From Octopus sinensis (taxonomy: Eukaryota): DNA of 64,000 nt. Location: the NCBI RefSeq assembly GCF_006345805.1, contig NC_042999.1, positions 42,222,001 through 42,286,000 of the forward strand, written 5' to 3'. Under the pieces are notes generated by a model, which searched no databases, was not told where the DNA came from, and worked only from the letters and a program-made list of their open reading frames with translations. Positions 12,150 to 25,327 of this stretch are shown here, one piece after another (position 1 is the first letter of the stretch; each line of letters begins with the position of its first letter). A program made the translations under genes and the position numbers.

Positions 12150-13912
12150 TGATCCACGTTTGTAGAGAAATTTCGGCTCAAGGCCAGAGAACTCGCGGCA
12201 ACGGCTAAGTCGTTTCCAGCCGAAATCAACCAAGATACTATAAACCTGGACATGGAGAACTTAAAGAGATTCAAATACCTGTTACAGAGAGATGGCACGA
12301 ACATAAATCTAACGCCTCCCAGCGAGATAATGCTACAGACAATACAGAAAACTATAATGTTTAAAACTCTGTCACTCAGAATTTTTAAAAATAGAACACA
12401 TGCCAAATGAAAGTATAGAAAAATGGCTACAGTCCATATGGTGTAAGACAACTTATGTAGCAAGGGGGAAAAGTACGGTCCTGTGGAAGTAAGGCTTGCT
12501 TCTGAAGTAGAAGCAAAGGAACACAGCATAGTGCCTTTGAAGACAAACTAGTTGGTGCTGCTACCCTCGTACATAGATCCACGTACTTCAAAAATAAAAA
12601 TAGGGGAGGTCCCACCAGAAATCGACGTGGTGTGGCTTGTGTCATCCGTATTGCTGAACCTGGAGGATGGAGCCATTATCCTTCAGACCACCAGGCTACA
12701 CCAGCAGAACTGGTGGAGCCAAGGTCTGGAGCTAATAATCCAAGCAACCCAGGTGGACTTAGAAAAAATACCAGACGAGACCATATTAAGAGCCATGTTG
12801 GAGGGAAGACGTCCAATTAGCTTTAAGGGTGGGTAAAAGGGCCACATAAAAATCACGTACCCACAGGTCCTACAACCAGAAGCACCCCTCCACCTAGCAA
12901 CCCACCACAGTCTGACGACTCGAAAGACAGCAAAGGGAAGCCAACTAGCACTGCGACGAAACAACACACCAACCCACCACAAACTGTCGACCCGAAGGAA
13001 GACAGAAGAAAGTCAAGCAGCACCACAATAGAACAACCCACCAACCCACCACAGACTGAAAACCGGAAAGAAAAAAAGAGATAGACTAACACCACGATAA
13101 AGCAGCCTACCGCAAAGGTGTCACAGAGAGAAGTGGAGAACACTAAGAAGGACACCCCAAAGGAACCACCACCAACCTTATGCGAAGAGAACGGCGACAG
13201 ATGGACAATGGCTAAAAAGAGACGAATAATGAAAGGTACGCCCTTCACACTCACAAAACAGATCAGTAAAGACAACCAAAATCCTGCAACCTCAACATTC
13301 ACACACAAACCACAAACATCCTATTCAGTTACCCCAAACAAAGAACCCATCAAAATCAAAGACAACCAAAAGCACGCACTCATACCCTACATATACAAAA
13401 CACAATCATTCTACTCATTCTTCCCAAACAAAGCCACATATAAGACATTCGCCTGCAAGAGATATCACCGCCTGCAACACCGGAGAAAAATAAACCACCC
13501 TAGCTAAACATAAATACAGAAAGTCACGTGTTACCCCATAATTAGCCCCTCCATACCTAAACACCAGCGAACTCAAAAGGCAATGCAATTTCTTTTTCAT
13601 CAATTGTTACACGTCATTTAATCGCATGTTCATTCAACCCATTCTCTCTAGCCTGTGCTGTGAATGAAGAGTGCATGCCTTGTTACATGTGTAAATGAGA
13701 TGATTGAATGTGAATACCTGTAATCCTAAAAGAAGATCAAAATACAAAGAGAGACATTCCTCTTTTCATAAAGTGTTACATGTTACCTAATCATATGTTG
13801 CTCTAACCTATTTTGTCTGTCCTGATTTGTGAATGAAGAGTGTATGCCTCGTTACATGTGCAAATGAGATGACTTGAACGTAAGTAACAGTGATTCTAAA
13901 AGAAGATCAGAG
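12150..13912 (+). mobile_element. Decayed gag/ORF1-like reading frame of a non-LTR element with 3' direct repeats
   Basis: A single frame with scattered stops runs from 12170 to about 13000. At 12819-12860 it reads GRRPI-S-FK-G-G*KG-H-IKIT-Y-P, which has CX2CX4HX4C spacing with each Cys one substitution away. A K/T/P-rich tail follows. An ~84-bp direct repeat lies at 13659-13742 and 13828-13912. Confidence 0.55.
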
Positions 13913-14149
13913 ATGATGTGTGGTTTGAGAGTTCCCCGTGTCCGTCACTCTACTTTCATCATTTCCACCCGCTCATCTTCCATACGCTCATCGTCATTCT
14001 CCTTTCTGTATTGTCCCTCTATGTCGGCCCTAGTGGCTTATAAAGAATTAAATTTCTTACCGAACAATCACACAGATGATTTGTTTATAGTGATAAAATG
14101 TTTGTGTAGACATAAGCTCATTCCCTCCCTCCATCAGATCGACATTCCC

Positions 14150-14298
14150 TGTACAGGTGCAACAGGTGCCACATGATCGCAGAGTAACGTGATATGAAGT
14201 GCTTTACTCGAGAACACAACGTAATACCCGGTCTGGGAATCGAACCCACGATCTCGCAATCGTGAGTGTAACACTCTAACCACTAAGCCATGCGCCTT
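14150..14298 (-). mobile_element. tRNA-derived SINE 5' part
   Basis: The minus strand reads gaaggcgcatggcttagtggttagagtgttacac...gggttcgattccc (A and B boxes). Confidence 0.8.
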
Positions 14299-14309
14299 CT
14301 CACAAACAG

Positions 14310-14384
<75 letters not shown>

Positions 14385-14898
14385 TACGTAAGTACTATAT
14401 GTGATTAGCTTCTGTAGCTTCCATCTTCTAAATTACAGTCATATGGTATTTGTCAATCCCGACGTTAGAAAAGAAAAACATTTGTACAAGAAACTGCGCA
14501 GTGGAATCGAACCTGAAAGCACGTGTTTGCGAACAGAAATTCTGAGTCTTTATGCCATGCTTTCATCCATACTTATGCATATTTGATCACAAATTATAAC
14601 ACACTCGCACGCGTATGTCTTGTTTTATTTTGTTTCAACCAAATATTTATTACTGCCTTAAAGAGGAGTTACCTTTTGTATCCTTTGATAAGTGTCTCGA
14701 CACGAAATTAAACGATTATAAATTGAAGAAACTAACAATGGTCTACATATAATATTAAAAAAAATAGTATATTATATAATTGAGTAAATACGATAAGTAA
14801 TTTTTATGTCACGATGAGACGTGAGTGTTGCAATTTCGAGCAGAAACAACCTTCATCAAGAAATTTGTATTTTATATGTAAGCTATTGTACTTTCCAG

Positions 14899-14946
14899 CA
14901 ACTTATTCTTTCGGTGTTGGGAGTGATCGACGTGGAATGCTGCGAG
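14899..14946 (+). CDS. Candidate 48-nt internal exon of an unidentified gene
   Basis: ctttccag|...GAG|gtaaga. Open in phase 0 (QLILSVLGVIDVECCE) and phase 1 (ATYSFGVGSDRRGMLRG). Flanks are non-repetitive and AT-rich. No homolog recognised. Confidence 0.35.
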
Positions 14947-15771
14947 GTAAGAATTGTTTCGAATGTGTTTAACAGTCCTTTATTTACATTTACATCTCTC
15001 AAATCTAAAATAACAAAAAAGAAAAAAGAATTAACCTTCAGACACTTTTATTATTTTTTTTTTATTGTAGTGCTTTATTTTTATTGCGATTATTATTCCA
15101 GAGTTGCAAAACAAGAATTTCTCCGTTTATTATTTTTTTTTTTTTCGTTTTGGTTCTAAATTTTGCTTCTATTTTTGTATTTCTTATTAGATGTTTCGTT
15201 TGATTTTGTTTTCTAAAATACTATTGTAATCTTCTTTAAATCTTTTTAAAGATTGAATAAAATATTGATATTCCATCTAAAGTGGAACTGTATCAAACAA
15301 TTCGCAGAATGTTCCAAACATGTGATTCACAAACGTACAAAATAAAATACATATTCACGTAAGTATAAATATTTAAGCATAGTTATATACGTTAGAGGTG
15401 TGCGTGTCTGTCTGCATTAATATACGTACTTATGTACACACACATACATACATCTCTTTCTCTTCCTATATATATATACTGAGAGATAGAGAGATGTATA
15501 GATATGTATATATATTTGCGAATATGCATACACAATTGTTTGTAGATATTCACATACACGTTTATTCCTAAGCATATGCAAATATGCTCACAGACAAAAT
15601 AGCACATATAAAAATCTCTGTTCCTCACTCTCTCTCCCAAACACACTTTATCTCTCTCCCCCCCCCCCCACACACACACATTTTTCTCTCTCTCTCTCAC
15701 TCTCTGTCTGTCTCACTGTCTCTCTCAATAGATATTGGTAAATTTATACATGTATCAATGTATGTACATGT

Positions 15772-15810
<39 letters not shown>

Positions 15811-15932
15811 TTATACGTATATACAATGATATAAATATACAAAGAGAATAACACGTATGAATTCCTGTTTACATATATACACATACCTGAACACCCACAA
15901 ACACACAAGGATGTCGTTATTGGTTTGTTTTT

Positions 15933-15933
15933 A

Positions 15934-15993
<60 letters not shown>

Positions 15994-16055
15994 TATTGTT
16001 GTTGTTGTTGTTGTTGTTGTTGCTGTTGTTGTTATTGTTATTATTATTATTATTA

Positions 16056-16098
<43 letters not shown>

Positions 16099-16112
16099 CA
16101 TTATTATTATTG

Positions 16113-16190
<78 letters not shown>
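15933..16190. repeat. (TAT)n/(TGT)n trinucleotide microsatellite
   Basis: Directly visible. Confidence 0.95.
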
Positions 16191-16194
<4 letters not shown>

Positions 16195-16559
16195 CGTATG
16201 TATGTCAGTGTGCATATGCATATATTTAGAAATATATGATTGTGTGTGTGTATGTGTGTGTGTGTGCGCGCGTGCGCACGTCCATGCCTCATACCAACAT
16301 ATACACGCGTGTATGTATATGCAATGTGCACAGTATGCACAGTATATATGTCAGTCTGATTATTTATGAATCAGTTTAGTGTGATATATAAAGAAAAAAA
16401 TTCATTCCGAAACATCGATATTAAAATGCCTCCAGAGTTAAACATATAAATACGAGCATGTTTGCTTCAATTTTCTATTTTTAATTTTATTCCAGTGTAT
16501 TTTAAGTCGAGACACTAAATTCGAGATTATATTAGAAACATAAAAAGAATATTAAGCGA

Positions 16560-16661
16560 GGCAAAAAAAAAGGAAATGAAGGAAGTAAGGAAGGAAGGAA
16601 GGAAGGAAGGAAGGAAGGAAGGAAGGAAGGAAGGAAGGAAGGGAGGAACAAAGGAAAGACA

Positions 16662-16693
<32 letters not shown>

Positions 16694-18950
16694 AATGAAG
16701 GAAAGAAGGAAAGAAGGAAGGAAGGAAAGAAATGAAGGAAGGAAGGACGAAAGAAAGAAACAAGGAAAGAAATGAAGGAAGGAAGGACGAAATAAAGAAG
16801 GAAAGAAGGAAAGAAGGAAGGAAGGAAGGAAGGAAGGAAGGAAAGAAGGAAGGAAGGAAGGAAGGAAGGAAGGAAGGAAGGAGGAGAAGGAAGGAAGGAA
16901 CAAACAAAGGAAAGACAAAAAGAAAGAAAGAAAGAAGGAAGGAAGGAAAGAAATGAAGGAAGGAAGGACGAAAGAAAGAAAGAAAGAAGGGAGGAAGGAA
17001 GGAACAAACAAAGGAAAGACAAAGAAAGAAAGAAAGAAAGAAAGAAGGAAGGAAAGGAAGGAAGGAAGGAAGGAAGGACGAAAGAAAGAAAGAAGGAAAG
17101 AAATGAAGGAAGGAAGGACGAAAGAAAGAAGGAAAGAAGGAAGGAAGGAAGGAAGGAAGGAAGGGAGAAACAAACAAAGGAAAGACAAACAAAGGAAAGA
17201 CAAAGAAAGAAAGAAAGAAAGAAAGAAAGAAGGAAGGAAAGAAAGGAAGGAAGGAAGGACGAAAGAAAGAAAGAAGGAAAGAAATGAAGGAAGGAAGGAC
17301 GAAAGAAAGAAGGAAAGAAGGAAGGAATGAAGGAAGGAAGGAAGGGAGGAAGGAAGGAAAGAAGGAAGGAAGGAAAGAAGGAAGGTAGGAAGGAAAGGAA
17401 GGAAGGAAGGGAGAAACAAACAAAGGAAAGACAAAGAAAGAAAGAAAGAAAGAAAGAAGGAAAGAAAGGAAGGAAGGAAGGACGAAAGAAAGAAAAAAGG
17501 AAAGAAATGAAGGAAGGAAGGACGAAAGAAAGAAGGAAAGAAGGAGAGAAGAAAGGAAGGAAGGAAGGAAGGAAAGAAGGAAGGAATGATAAAGAAGGAA
17601 GGAAGGAGGAATTAAGAAGGAATGAAGAAGGAAGGGAGAAACAAACAAGGAAAAGACAAAGAAAGAAGATAAACTAAAGAAATGAAAGAAAGAAAGGAGG
17701 AAGTAAGTACGAAAGAAAGAAAAAAGGAAAGAAATAAAGAAGACGAAAGAAAGAAGGAGAGAAGGGAGAGAAAAAAAGAGGAAGGAAGGAACGAAGAAGG
17801 AATGAAGGAAGGGAAGGAATGAAGGAAGGAAGAATGAAGGGAGAAACCAACCAGGAAAGGCAAGAAAGAAAGAAAGAAGAAAGAAAGAAAGAAGAAGAAA
17901 GAAATGAAGGAAGGACGAAAGAAAAGAAAGAAGGAAAGAAATGAAGGAATTAAGGACTAAGAAAGAATTAATAATTAAGGAAGACTAAGAAATAAGGAAA
18001 GATATGAAGGAAGAATGCTAAAAAGAAGGAAAGAAATTAAGTAAGTAATTTCTAAATAAAGAAGAAAAATGGAGTAGGATGAAATAAATAATGAAAGATG
18101 AATGAATTAATGACTAAAGAACGAGGAAAGAAGAAGGAAGGAAGGGCGAAAGAAGAAGGAAATAATTAAATTAATAAAGACGAAATAAGAGGAAGGAAAT
18201 GAATTACAGAACGACAATAAGTAAAATATGAAGGAATTAAGTTCTGAAAGAAAGAAGGAAAGAAATGAATTAAGGGTCGCAAAGAAATAAGGAAGAAATG
18301 GAGTAATTATTAAAGAAAGAAGGAAAGAGATGAAGGAATGACGAAAAAGAATTAAAGAATGAAGGAAGGACGGGCGAATGAAAGAAAAGAAAGGAAGGCG
18401 AAGAAGACAAGAAATAAATGAAGGAAGGAATTACGAAAGAAGAAGGAAAGAAATGAAGTAAGAGGGCGAAAGAAAGAGGAAATAAATAATTAAGGAAAGA
18501 CGAAAGAAAGAATTAAGGAATGAGGAAGGACTAATAGAAATAAGAAGAGATGAGGAGGAAGTGCGAAGAAAGAAAGGAAAGAAATTAAGGAAGAAGGCGA
18601 AAAAAGAAGGAAAGAAATTTAGGAAGGATGAAGAAAGAAGGAAAGAGATAAGGAAGGACGAAAGAAAAGAAGGAAGAATGAAGGAAGGAAGGGCGAAGGA
18701 AGAAGGAAAGAATGATGAAGGCAGGGCGAAAAGAAAGAAAGAAATAAATGAAGGAATGAAGGAACGAAAGAAGAATTAAGAAATTATTAGGAAATTAGAG
18801 GAGGAAGCGAATGAAAGAAGGTAAGAAAGAAGGAAGGAAGGACAAAAGAAAGAAATAAAAAGGAAGAAAAAAATGAAGGAAGGAGGAGACGAAAGAAAAA
18901 ATGGGCAAGAAAGAAAGAAAGAGTGAAAGAAAAATAAAAGAAAGAAAGTA
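16560..18950 (+). repeat. Polypurine (GAAG/GAAA) complex minisatellite
   Basis: About 2.4 kb, almost purine-only on +, with recurring units such as aatgaaggaaggaaggacgaaagaaagaagga and gaaacaaacaaaggaaagacaaa. Confidence 0.92.
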
Positions 18951-19437
18951 AAATGGATATAAAGATAGTAATGTGAATTATGGGGAATAGTGACTATACG
19001 ATACATAAGTAGACAGAAAGAAAGAACAATGAAGCTAGATAGAAAGAGAAATTTGGTAAATATGATAGGTCCGATGTGACAGACAGACAAACGACAGGTA
19101 GATAAGAATGGATTTTGGTAACTATGAAACCTATTATAGTGTGTATGTGTGTGTATTCTGCAGAAAATAAATTCCCGAATCTTGCAAAAGATACCCGTAG
19201 AAGTATACTCTTTTACTCTCTTTTACTTGTTTCAGTCATTGACTGTGGCCATGCTGGAGCACCGACATGGGGTTGTGGTGACCCCTGTTGTACTCTTTCG
19301 CCACAACCTTTTTCTCACTTTCTCTTCCTTTTTCTTGAGTAACGCTGCAATGGACTGGCGTCCCCGTCCAGCTGGGGTAACACATACGCTAATGAACCGG
19401 AAACTGGGCCCATGAGCCTGGCTAGGCTTGCAAAGGG

Positions 19438-19797
19438 CGATGAAGTTCATCCTATGGTGCAGGCATTATTTTCTAATAGCGGGGGCAATCTTCCAAGGCG
19501 ATAATGCCACCAAAATAGGCCCTACAAATCACCAGATCTAAATACTGTTGAACACCCATAGTGCAGTTGGAGCAACGAGTGAGGAATCGCTTCACTCTTT
19601 CAATGATGCTTAAGAGCTGGAACAGGTTTTTGCTTGATGTATTCTTCAAAATTCTTCAGCATCTGTCCAAATGCTCTATGAGTCTATTCCTCGACGTATC
19701 GCAACAGTTATTGCAGCCAAAGGAGGACCAGCTCCAAATCACGTAATTAAACTCTTATTTAGTAAGGTGTTTTACATTATTTTGTCTAACCCCTATA
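19438..19797 (+). mobile_element. Tc1-like (DD34E) transposase 3' fragment with TIR; duplicated at 22848-23196
   Basis: FQGDNAP...SPDLNTVEH...LYESIPRRIATVIAAKGGP, then the terminal ttttgtctaacccctata. Confidence 0.75.
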
Positions 19798-20034
19798 TAT
19801 AAAACCTACAAGAAAAGAACATTGAACAAAGGAAAACCGAAACAATAAAACACTGACCAAAAATGAAAAAAGGGAAAACGGAAAGGAAGACTGGAAAACG
19901 AACTAAAACATAAAACTGGAAATGGCATAGAAATGTAGAATACCTTAGAAGATGAAATGCGATCGTTCTCATAGAGAAAATGTATAGTTGGACGTAAACT
20001 TATCTCAAAGAGTGTAACTGTCGGTCTCCGTAGC

Positions 20035-20405
20035 CATGTATGTATGTAATGTCTGTATGTATGTAATGTATGTATGTAATGTATGTATGTATGTATGTAT
20101 GATGTATGTATGTATGTATGTATGTGTGTGTATGCATGTATGTATGTATGTGTGTATGTATGCATGTATGTATGTTGTTATGTATGTATGAATGTATGTA
20201 TGTTGTATGCATGTATGTATGTTAGTATGTATGCTGGTATGTACGTATACATTTACGTATGTATGTATCAATATATACATGTATGTATGTGTATATGTAT
20301 ATATGTGTATATGTATATATGCATCAATGCCTGTATGTATTTGTGTACGTATGTAATTATGTACATATATGCATATATATATATATAACACATATATAAC
20401 CCATA

Positions 20406-20465
<60 letters not shown>

Positions 20466-20480
20466 CATATGTATATATAG

Positions 20481-20522
<42 letters not shown>

Positions 20523-20523
20523 C

Positions 20524-20620
<97 letters not shown>

Positions 20621-20700
20621 ACACATCTGTACATATATATATATATTATATATACACATATATATACTTAGCATTGGCACATGCACACGACACATACTTA
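20035..20700. repeat. (TATG)n/(TA)n microsatellite field (copy at 23440-24110)
   Basis: Directly visible. Confidence 0.9.
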
Positions 20701-21188
20701 TAAACACATACATTCATGCATGCATATGTGTGTAGGGGGAGGTATGATGTACAGAAAGACACACGCGCACACGTCCGTGTATGCATGTATTACATTTTTA
20801 TTTCTTTTGTTTTGGCATTCAAGAAGCAGAGGCTTGATGATCGGATAAATGTCACATGTTATCACGAATCTGAGAAGTTGGTCGTAAGATGGAAGAAAAT
20901 AGAGGCAAGACAAGCACTAAACATGTAACTAATAAGAAAAACAATATAAAGTTGTGTTGAATACATTTAAGCACAAAACACCTTGAACAATACAAACAGA
21001 CGATTTGACGAGAAACATTTGGTTTATGACTATTCAGACAAAAATAAAAAAAAGCTTCCATGTCACACTTACCGCACTTCTATGTTCGTAAATGCATACA
21101 TGCGTCATAGATACATGCATACATGCTTATGCGCATAGATGAATATGTATATTGGTGTGTATGTATGTATGTAAGTAAGCATATGGAA

Positions 21189-21242
<54 letters not shown>

Positions 21243-21350
21243 GGTGAGATAGTTGGTGTGTGAAAGCACGTGGTTGAATATATAGAAAATAGTAAAAAGT
21301 GAAAAAACTACATATATGTATATATGTATATATAAAGGAATATATGCATA

Positions 21351-21461
21351 TGGCGTAGTGGTTCACAGCGCGGGATACTTACCCCAGGGTTCCGAGTTCG
21401 ATTCCAGGCAGTGACCTGAATAATAATAATAATAATAATAATAACAACATCGAAAAATACC
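21351..21461 (+). mobile_element. tRNA-like SINE head followed by (TAA)n (copy at 24761-24871)
   Basis: TGGCGTAGTGG A box, GAGTTCGATTCC B box, then gtgacctgaa(taa)n. Confidence 0.65.
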
Positions 21462-21507
21462 GAAAATACTTCCGCCCCCTCCACCGAAAAAAAATCACCC
21501 TTTTATA

Positions 21508-21627
21508 GGCGTAGGAGTGGATGTGTGGTATGTAGCTTGCTTACCAGCCACATGGTCCGGGTTCAGTCCCACTGCGTGGCACCTTGGGCAAGTGTCTTCT
21601 ACTATAGCCTCGGGCCGACCAAAGCCT
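21508..21627 (+). mobile_element. Long SINE 5' part, cut by the assembly gap
   Basis: ggcgtaggagtggatgtgtgg...cgggccgaccaaagcct, then Ns. Confidence 0.85.
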
Positions 21628-21727
21628 NNNNNNNNNNNNNNNNNNNNNNNNNNNNNNNNNNNNNNNNNNNNNNNNNNNNNNNNNNNNNNNNNNNNNNNNN
21701 NNNNNNNNNNNNNNNNNNNNNNNNNNN
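21628..21727. other. Assembly gap (100 N)
   Basis: Run of exactly 100 N. Confidence 1.
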
Positions 21728-22340
21728 GAAAGAAATAAGGAAAGAAATGAAGGAAGGAAGGGCGAAGGAAAGAAGGAAAGAAAGGAAGGGCGAAAGAAAG
21801 AAAGAAAGAAATGAAGGAAGGAAGGACGAAAGAAAGAAGGAAAGAAATGAAGGAAGGAAGGGCGAAAGAAAGAAGGAAAGAAATGAATGAAGGAAAGACG
21901 AAAGAAAGAAGGAAGGAAATGAAGGAAGGACGAAAGAAAGAAGGAAAGAGATGAAGGAAGGAAGTGCGAAAGAAAGAAGGAAAGAAATGAAGGAAGGAAG
22001 GGCGAAAGAAAGAAGGAAAGAAATGGAGGAAGGATGAAAGAAAGAAGGAAAGAGATGAAGGAAGGACGAAAGAAAGAAGGAAAGAAATGAAGGAAGGAAG
22101 GGCGAAGGAAAGAAGGAAAGAAAGGAAGGAAGGAAGGGCGAAAGAAAGAAAGAAAGAAATGAAGGAAGGAAGGACGAAAGAAAGAGTGAATAAAAGGTAG
22201 AAGGGCGAATGAAAGAGGGTAAGAAGGATAAGGAAGACAAAGAAAGAAAGAAAAAGGAAGAAAAAATGAAGGAAGGAAGGACGAAAGAAAAAATGGCAAA
22301 GAAAGAAAGAAAGAGGGAAAGAAATAATAAAAGAAAGAAA
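21728..22340 (+). repeat. Polypurine GAAG/GAAA minisatellite (second copy)
   Basis: Same units as 16560-18950. Confidence 0.9.
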
Positions 22341-23815
22341 GTAAAATGGATATAAAGATAGTATGTGAAATATAGGGGGAATAAGTGACTATACGATACA
22401 TAAGTAGACAGAAAGAAAAGAAGCAATGGAAGCTAGATAGAAAGAGAAATTTGGTAAATATGATAGGTCGATGTGACAGACAGACAAACGACAGGTAGAT
22501 AAGAATGGATTTTGGTAACTATGAAACCTATATATGTGTGTATGGTGGTGTGTATTCTGCAGAAAATAAATTCCCGAATCTTGCAAAAGATACCCGTAGA
22601 AGTATACTCTTTTACTCTCTTTTACTTGTTTCAGTCATTTGACTGTGGCCATGCTGGAGCACCGACATGGGGTTGTGGTGACCCCTGTTGTACTCTTTCG
22701 CCACAACCTTTTCTCACTTTCTCTTCCTGTTTCTTGAGTAACGCTGCAATGGACTGGCGTCCCGTCCAGCTGGGGGGAACACATACGCTACAGAAACCGG
22801 GAAACTGGGCCCATGAGCCTGGCTAGGCTTGCAAAGGGCGATGAAGTTCATCCTATGGTGCAGGCATTATTTTCTAATAGCGGGGCAATCTTCCAAGGCG
22901 ATAATGCACCAAAATAGGCCCTACAAATCACCAGATCTAAATACTGTTGAACACCCATAGTGCAGTTTGGAGCAACGAGTGAGGAATCGCTTCACTCTTT
23001 CAATGATGCTTAAAGAGCTGGAACAGGTTTTGCTTGATGTATTCTTCAAAATTCTTCAAGCATCTGTCCAAATGCTCTATGAGTCTATTCCTCGACGTAT
23101 CGCAACAGTTATTGCAGCCAAAGGAGGACCAGCTCCAAATCACGTAATTAAACTCTTATTTAGTAAGGTGTTTACATTATTTTGTCTAACCCCTATATAT
23201 AAAACCTACAAGAAAAAGAACATTGAAACAAAGGGAAAACCGAAACAATAAAACACGTACCAAAAATGAAAAAAGGGAAAACGGAAAGGAAGACTGGAAA
23301 CGAAACTAAAAACAGAAAACTTGGAAATGGCATAGAAATGTAGAAATACCTTAGAAGATGAAATGCGATCGTTCTCATAGAGAAAAATGTATAGTTGGAC
23401 GTAAACTTATCTCAAAGAGTGTAACTGTCGGTCTCCGTAGCCATGTATGTATGTATGTATGTATGTATGTATGTATGTATGTATGTATGTATGTATGTAT
23501 GTATGTATGTATGTATGTATGTATGTATGTATGTGTGTGTATGCATGTATGTATGTATGTGTGTATGTATGCATGTATGTATGTTGTTATGTATGTATGA
23601 ATGTATGTATGTATGTATGCATGTATGTATGTTAGTATGTATGCTGGTATGTACGTATACATTTACGTATGTATGTATCAATATATACATGTATGTATGT
23701 GTATATGTATATATGTGTATATGTATATATGCATCAATGCCTGTATGTATTTGTGTACGTATGTAATTATGTACATATATGCATATATATATATATAACA
23801 CATATATAACCCATA

Positions 23816-23875
<60 letters not shown>

Positions 23876-23890
23876 CATATGTATATATAG

Positions 23891-23932
<42 letters not shown>

Positions 23933-23933
23933 C

Positions 23934-24030
<97 letters not shown>

Positions 24031-24598
24031 ACACATCTGTACATATATATATATATTATATATACACATATATATACTTAGCATTGGCACATGCACACGA
24101 CACATACTTATAAACACATACATTCATGCATGCATATGTGTGTAGGGGGAGGTATGATGTACAGAAAGACACACGCGCACACGTCCGTGTATGCATGTAT
24201 TACATTTTTATTTCTTTTGTTTTGGCATTCAAGAAGCAGAGGCTTGATGATCGGATAAATGTCACATGTTATCACGAATCTGAGAAGTTGGTCGTAAGAT
24301 GGAAGAAAATAGAGGCAAGACAAGCACTAAACATGTAACTAATAAGAAAAACAATATAAAGTTGTGTTGAATACATTTAAGCACAAAACACCTTGAACAA
24401 TACAAACAGACGATTTGACGAGAAACATTTGGTTTATGACTATTCAGACAAAAATAAAAAAAAGCTTCCATGTCACACTTACCGCACTTCTATGTTCGTA
24501 AATGCATACATGCGTCATAGATACATGCATACATGCTTATGCGCATAGATGAATATGTATATTGGTGTGTATGTATGTATGTAAGTAAGCATATGGAA

Positions 24599-24652
<54 letters not shown>

Positions 24653-24917
24653 GGTGAGATAGTTGGTGTGTGAAAGCACGTGGTTGAATATATAGAAAAT
24701 AGTAAAAAGTGAAAAAACTACATATATGTATATATGTATATATAAAGGAATATATGCATATGGCGTAGTGGTTCACAGCGCGGGATACTTACCCCAGGGT
24801 TCCGAGTTCGATTCCAGGCAGTGACCTGAATAATAATAATAATAATAATAATAACAACATCGAAAAATACCGAAAATACTTCCGCCCCCTCCACCGAAAA
24901 AAAATCACCCTTTTATA

Positions 24918-25081
24918 GGCGTAGGAGTGGATGTGTGGTATGTAGCTTGCTTACCAGCCACATGGTTCCGGGTTCAGTCCCACTGCGTGGCACCTTGGGC
25001 AAGTGTCTTCTACTATAGCCTCGGGCCGACCAAAGCCTTGTGAGTGGATTTGGTAGACGGAAACTGAAAGAAGCCCGTCGT

Positions 25082-25135
<54 letters not shown>

Positions 25136-25327
25136 GTCTGTGTTTTTCCCCCCAACATCGCTTGACAACCGATGCTGGTGTGTTTACGTCCCTGTAACTT
25201 AGCGGTTCAACAAAAGAGACCGATAGAGTAAGTACTAGGCTTACAAAGAATAAGTCCTGGGGTCGATTTGCTTGACTAAAGGCAGTGCTCCAGCATATAA
25301 ACAAGTAAAAGTGTAAAAGTAAAAGAG
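24918..25327 (+). mobile_element. Long tRNA-derived SINE, complete
   Basis: Same head, centre and tail as 8551-8959. Confidence 0.9.

Noticed and set aside
16527-17863. 373-aa and 300-aa 'membrane-like' FLPS ORFs and K/E/R/G-rich ORFs
   Set aside because: Both are readings of the GAAG/GAAA polypurine array.
21351-21420. Genuine tRNA gene
   Set aside because: A/B boxes are present but there is no complete cloverleaf or acceptor stem, and it runs into (TAA)n. All tRNA-like heads in the window are better explained as SINEs.
19438-23196. Two independent Tc1 insertions
   Set aside because: They belong to the gap-flanking duplication that is probably an assembly artefact.
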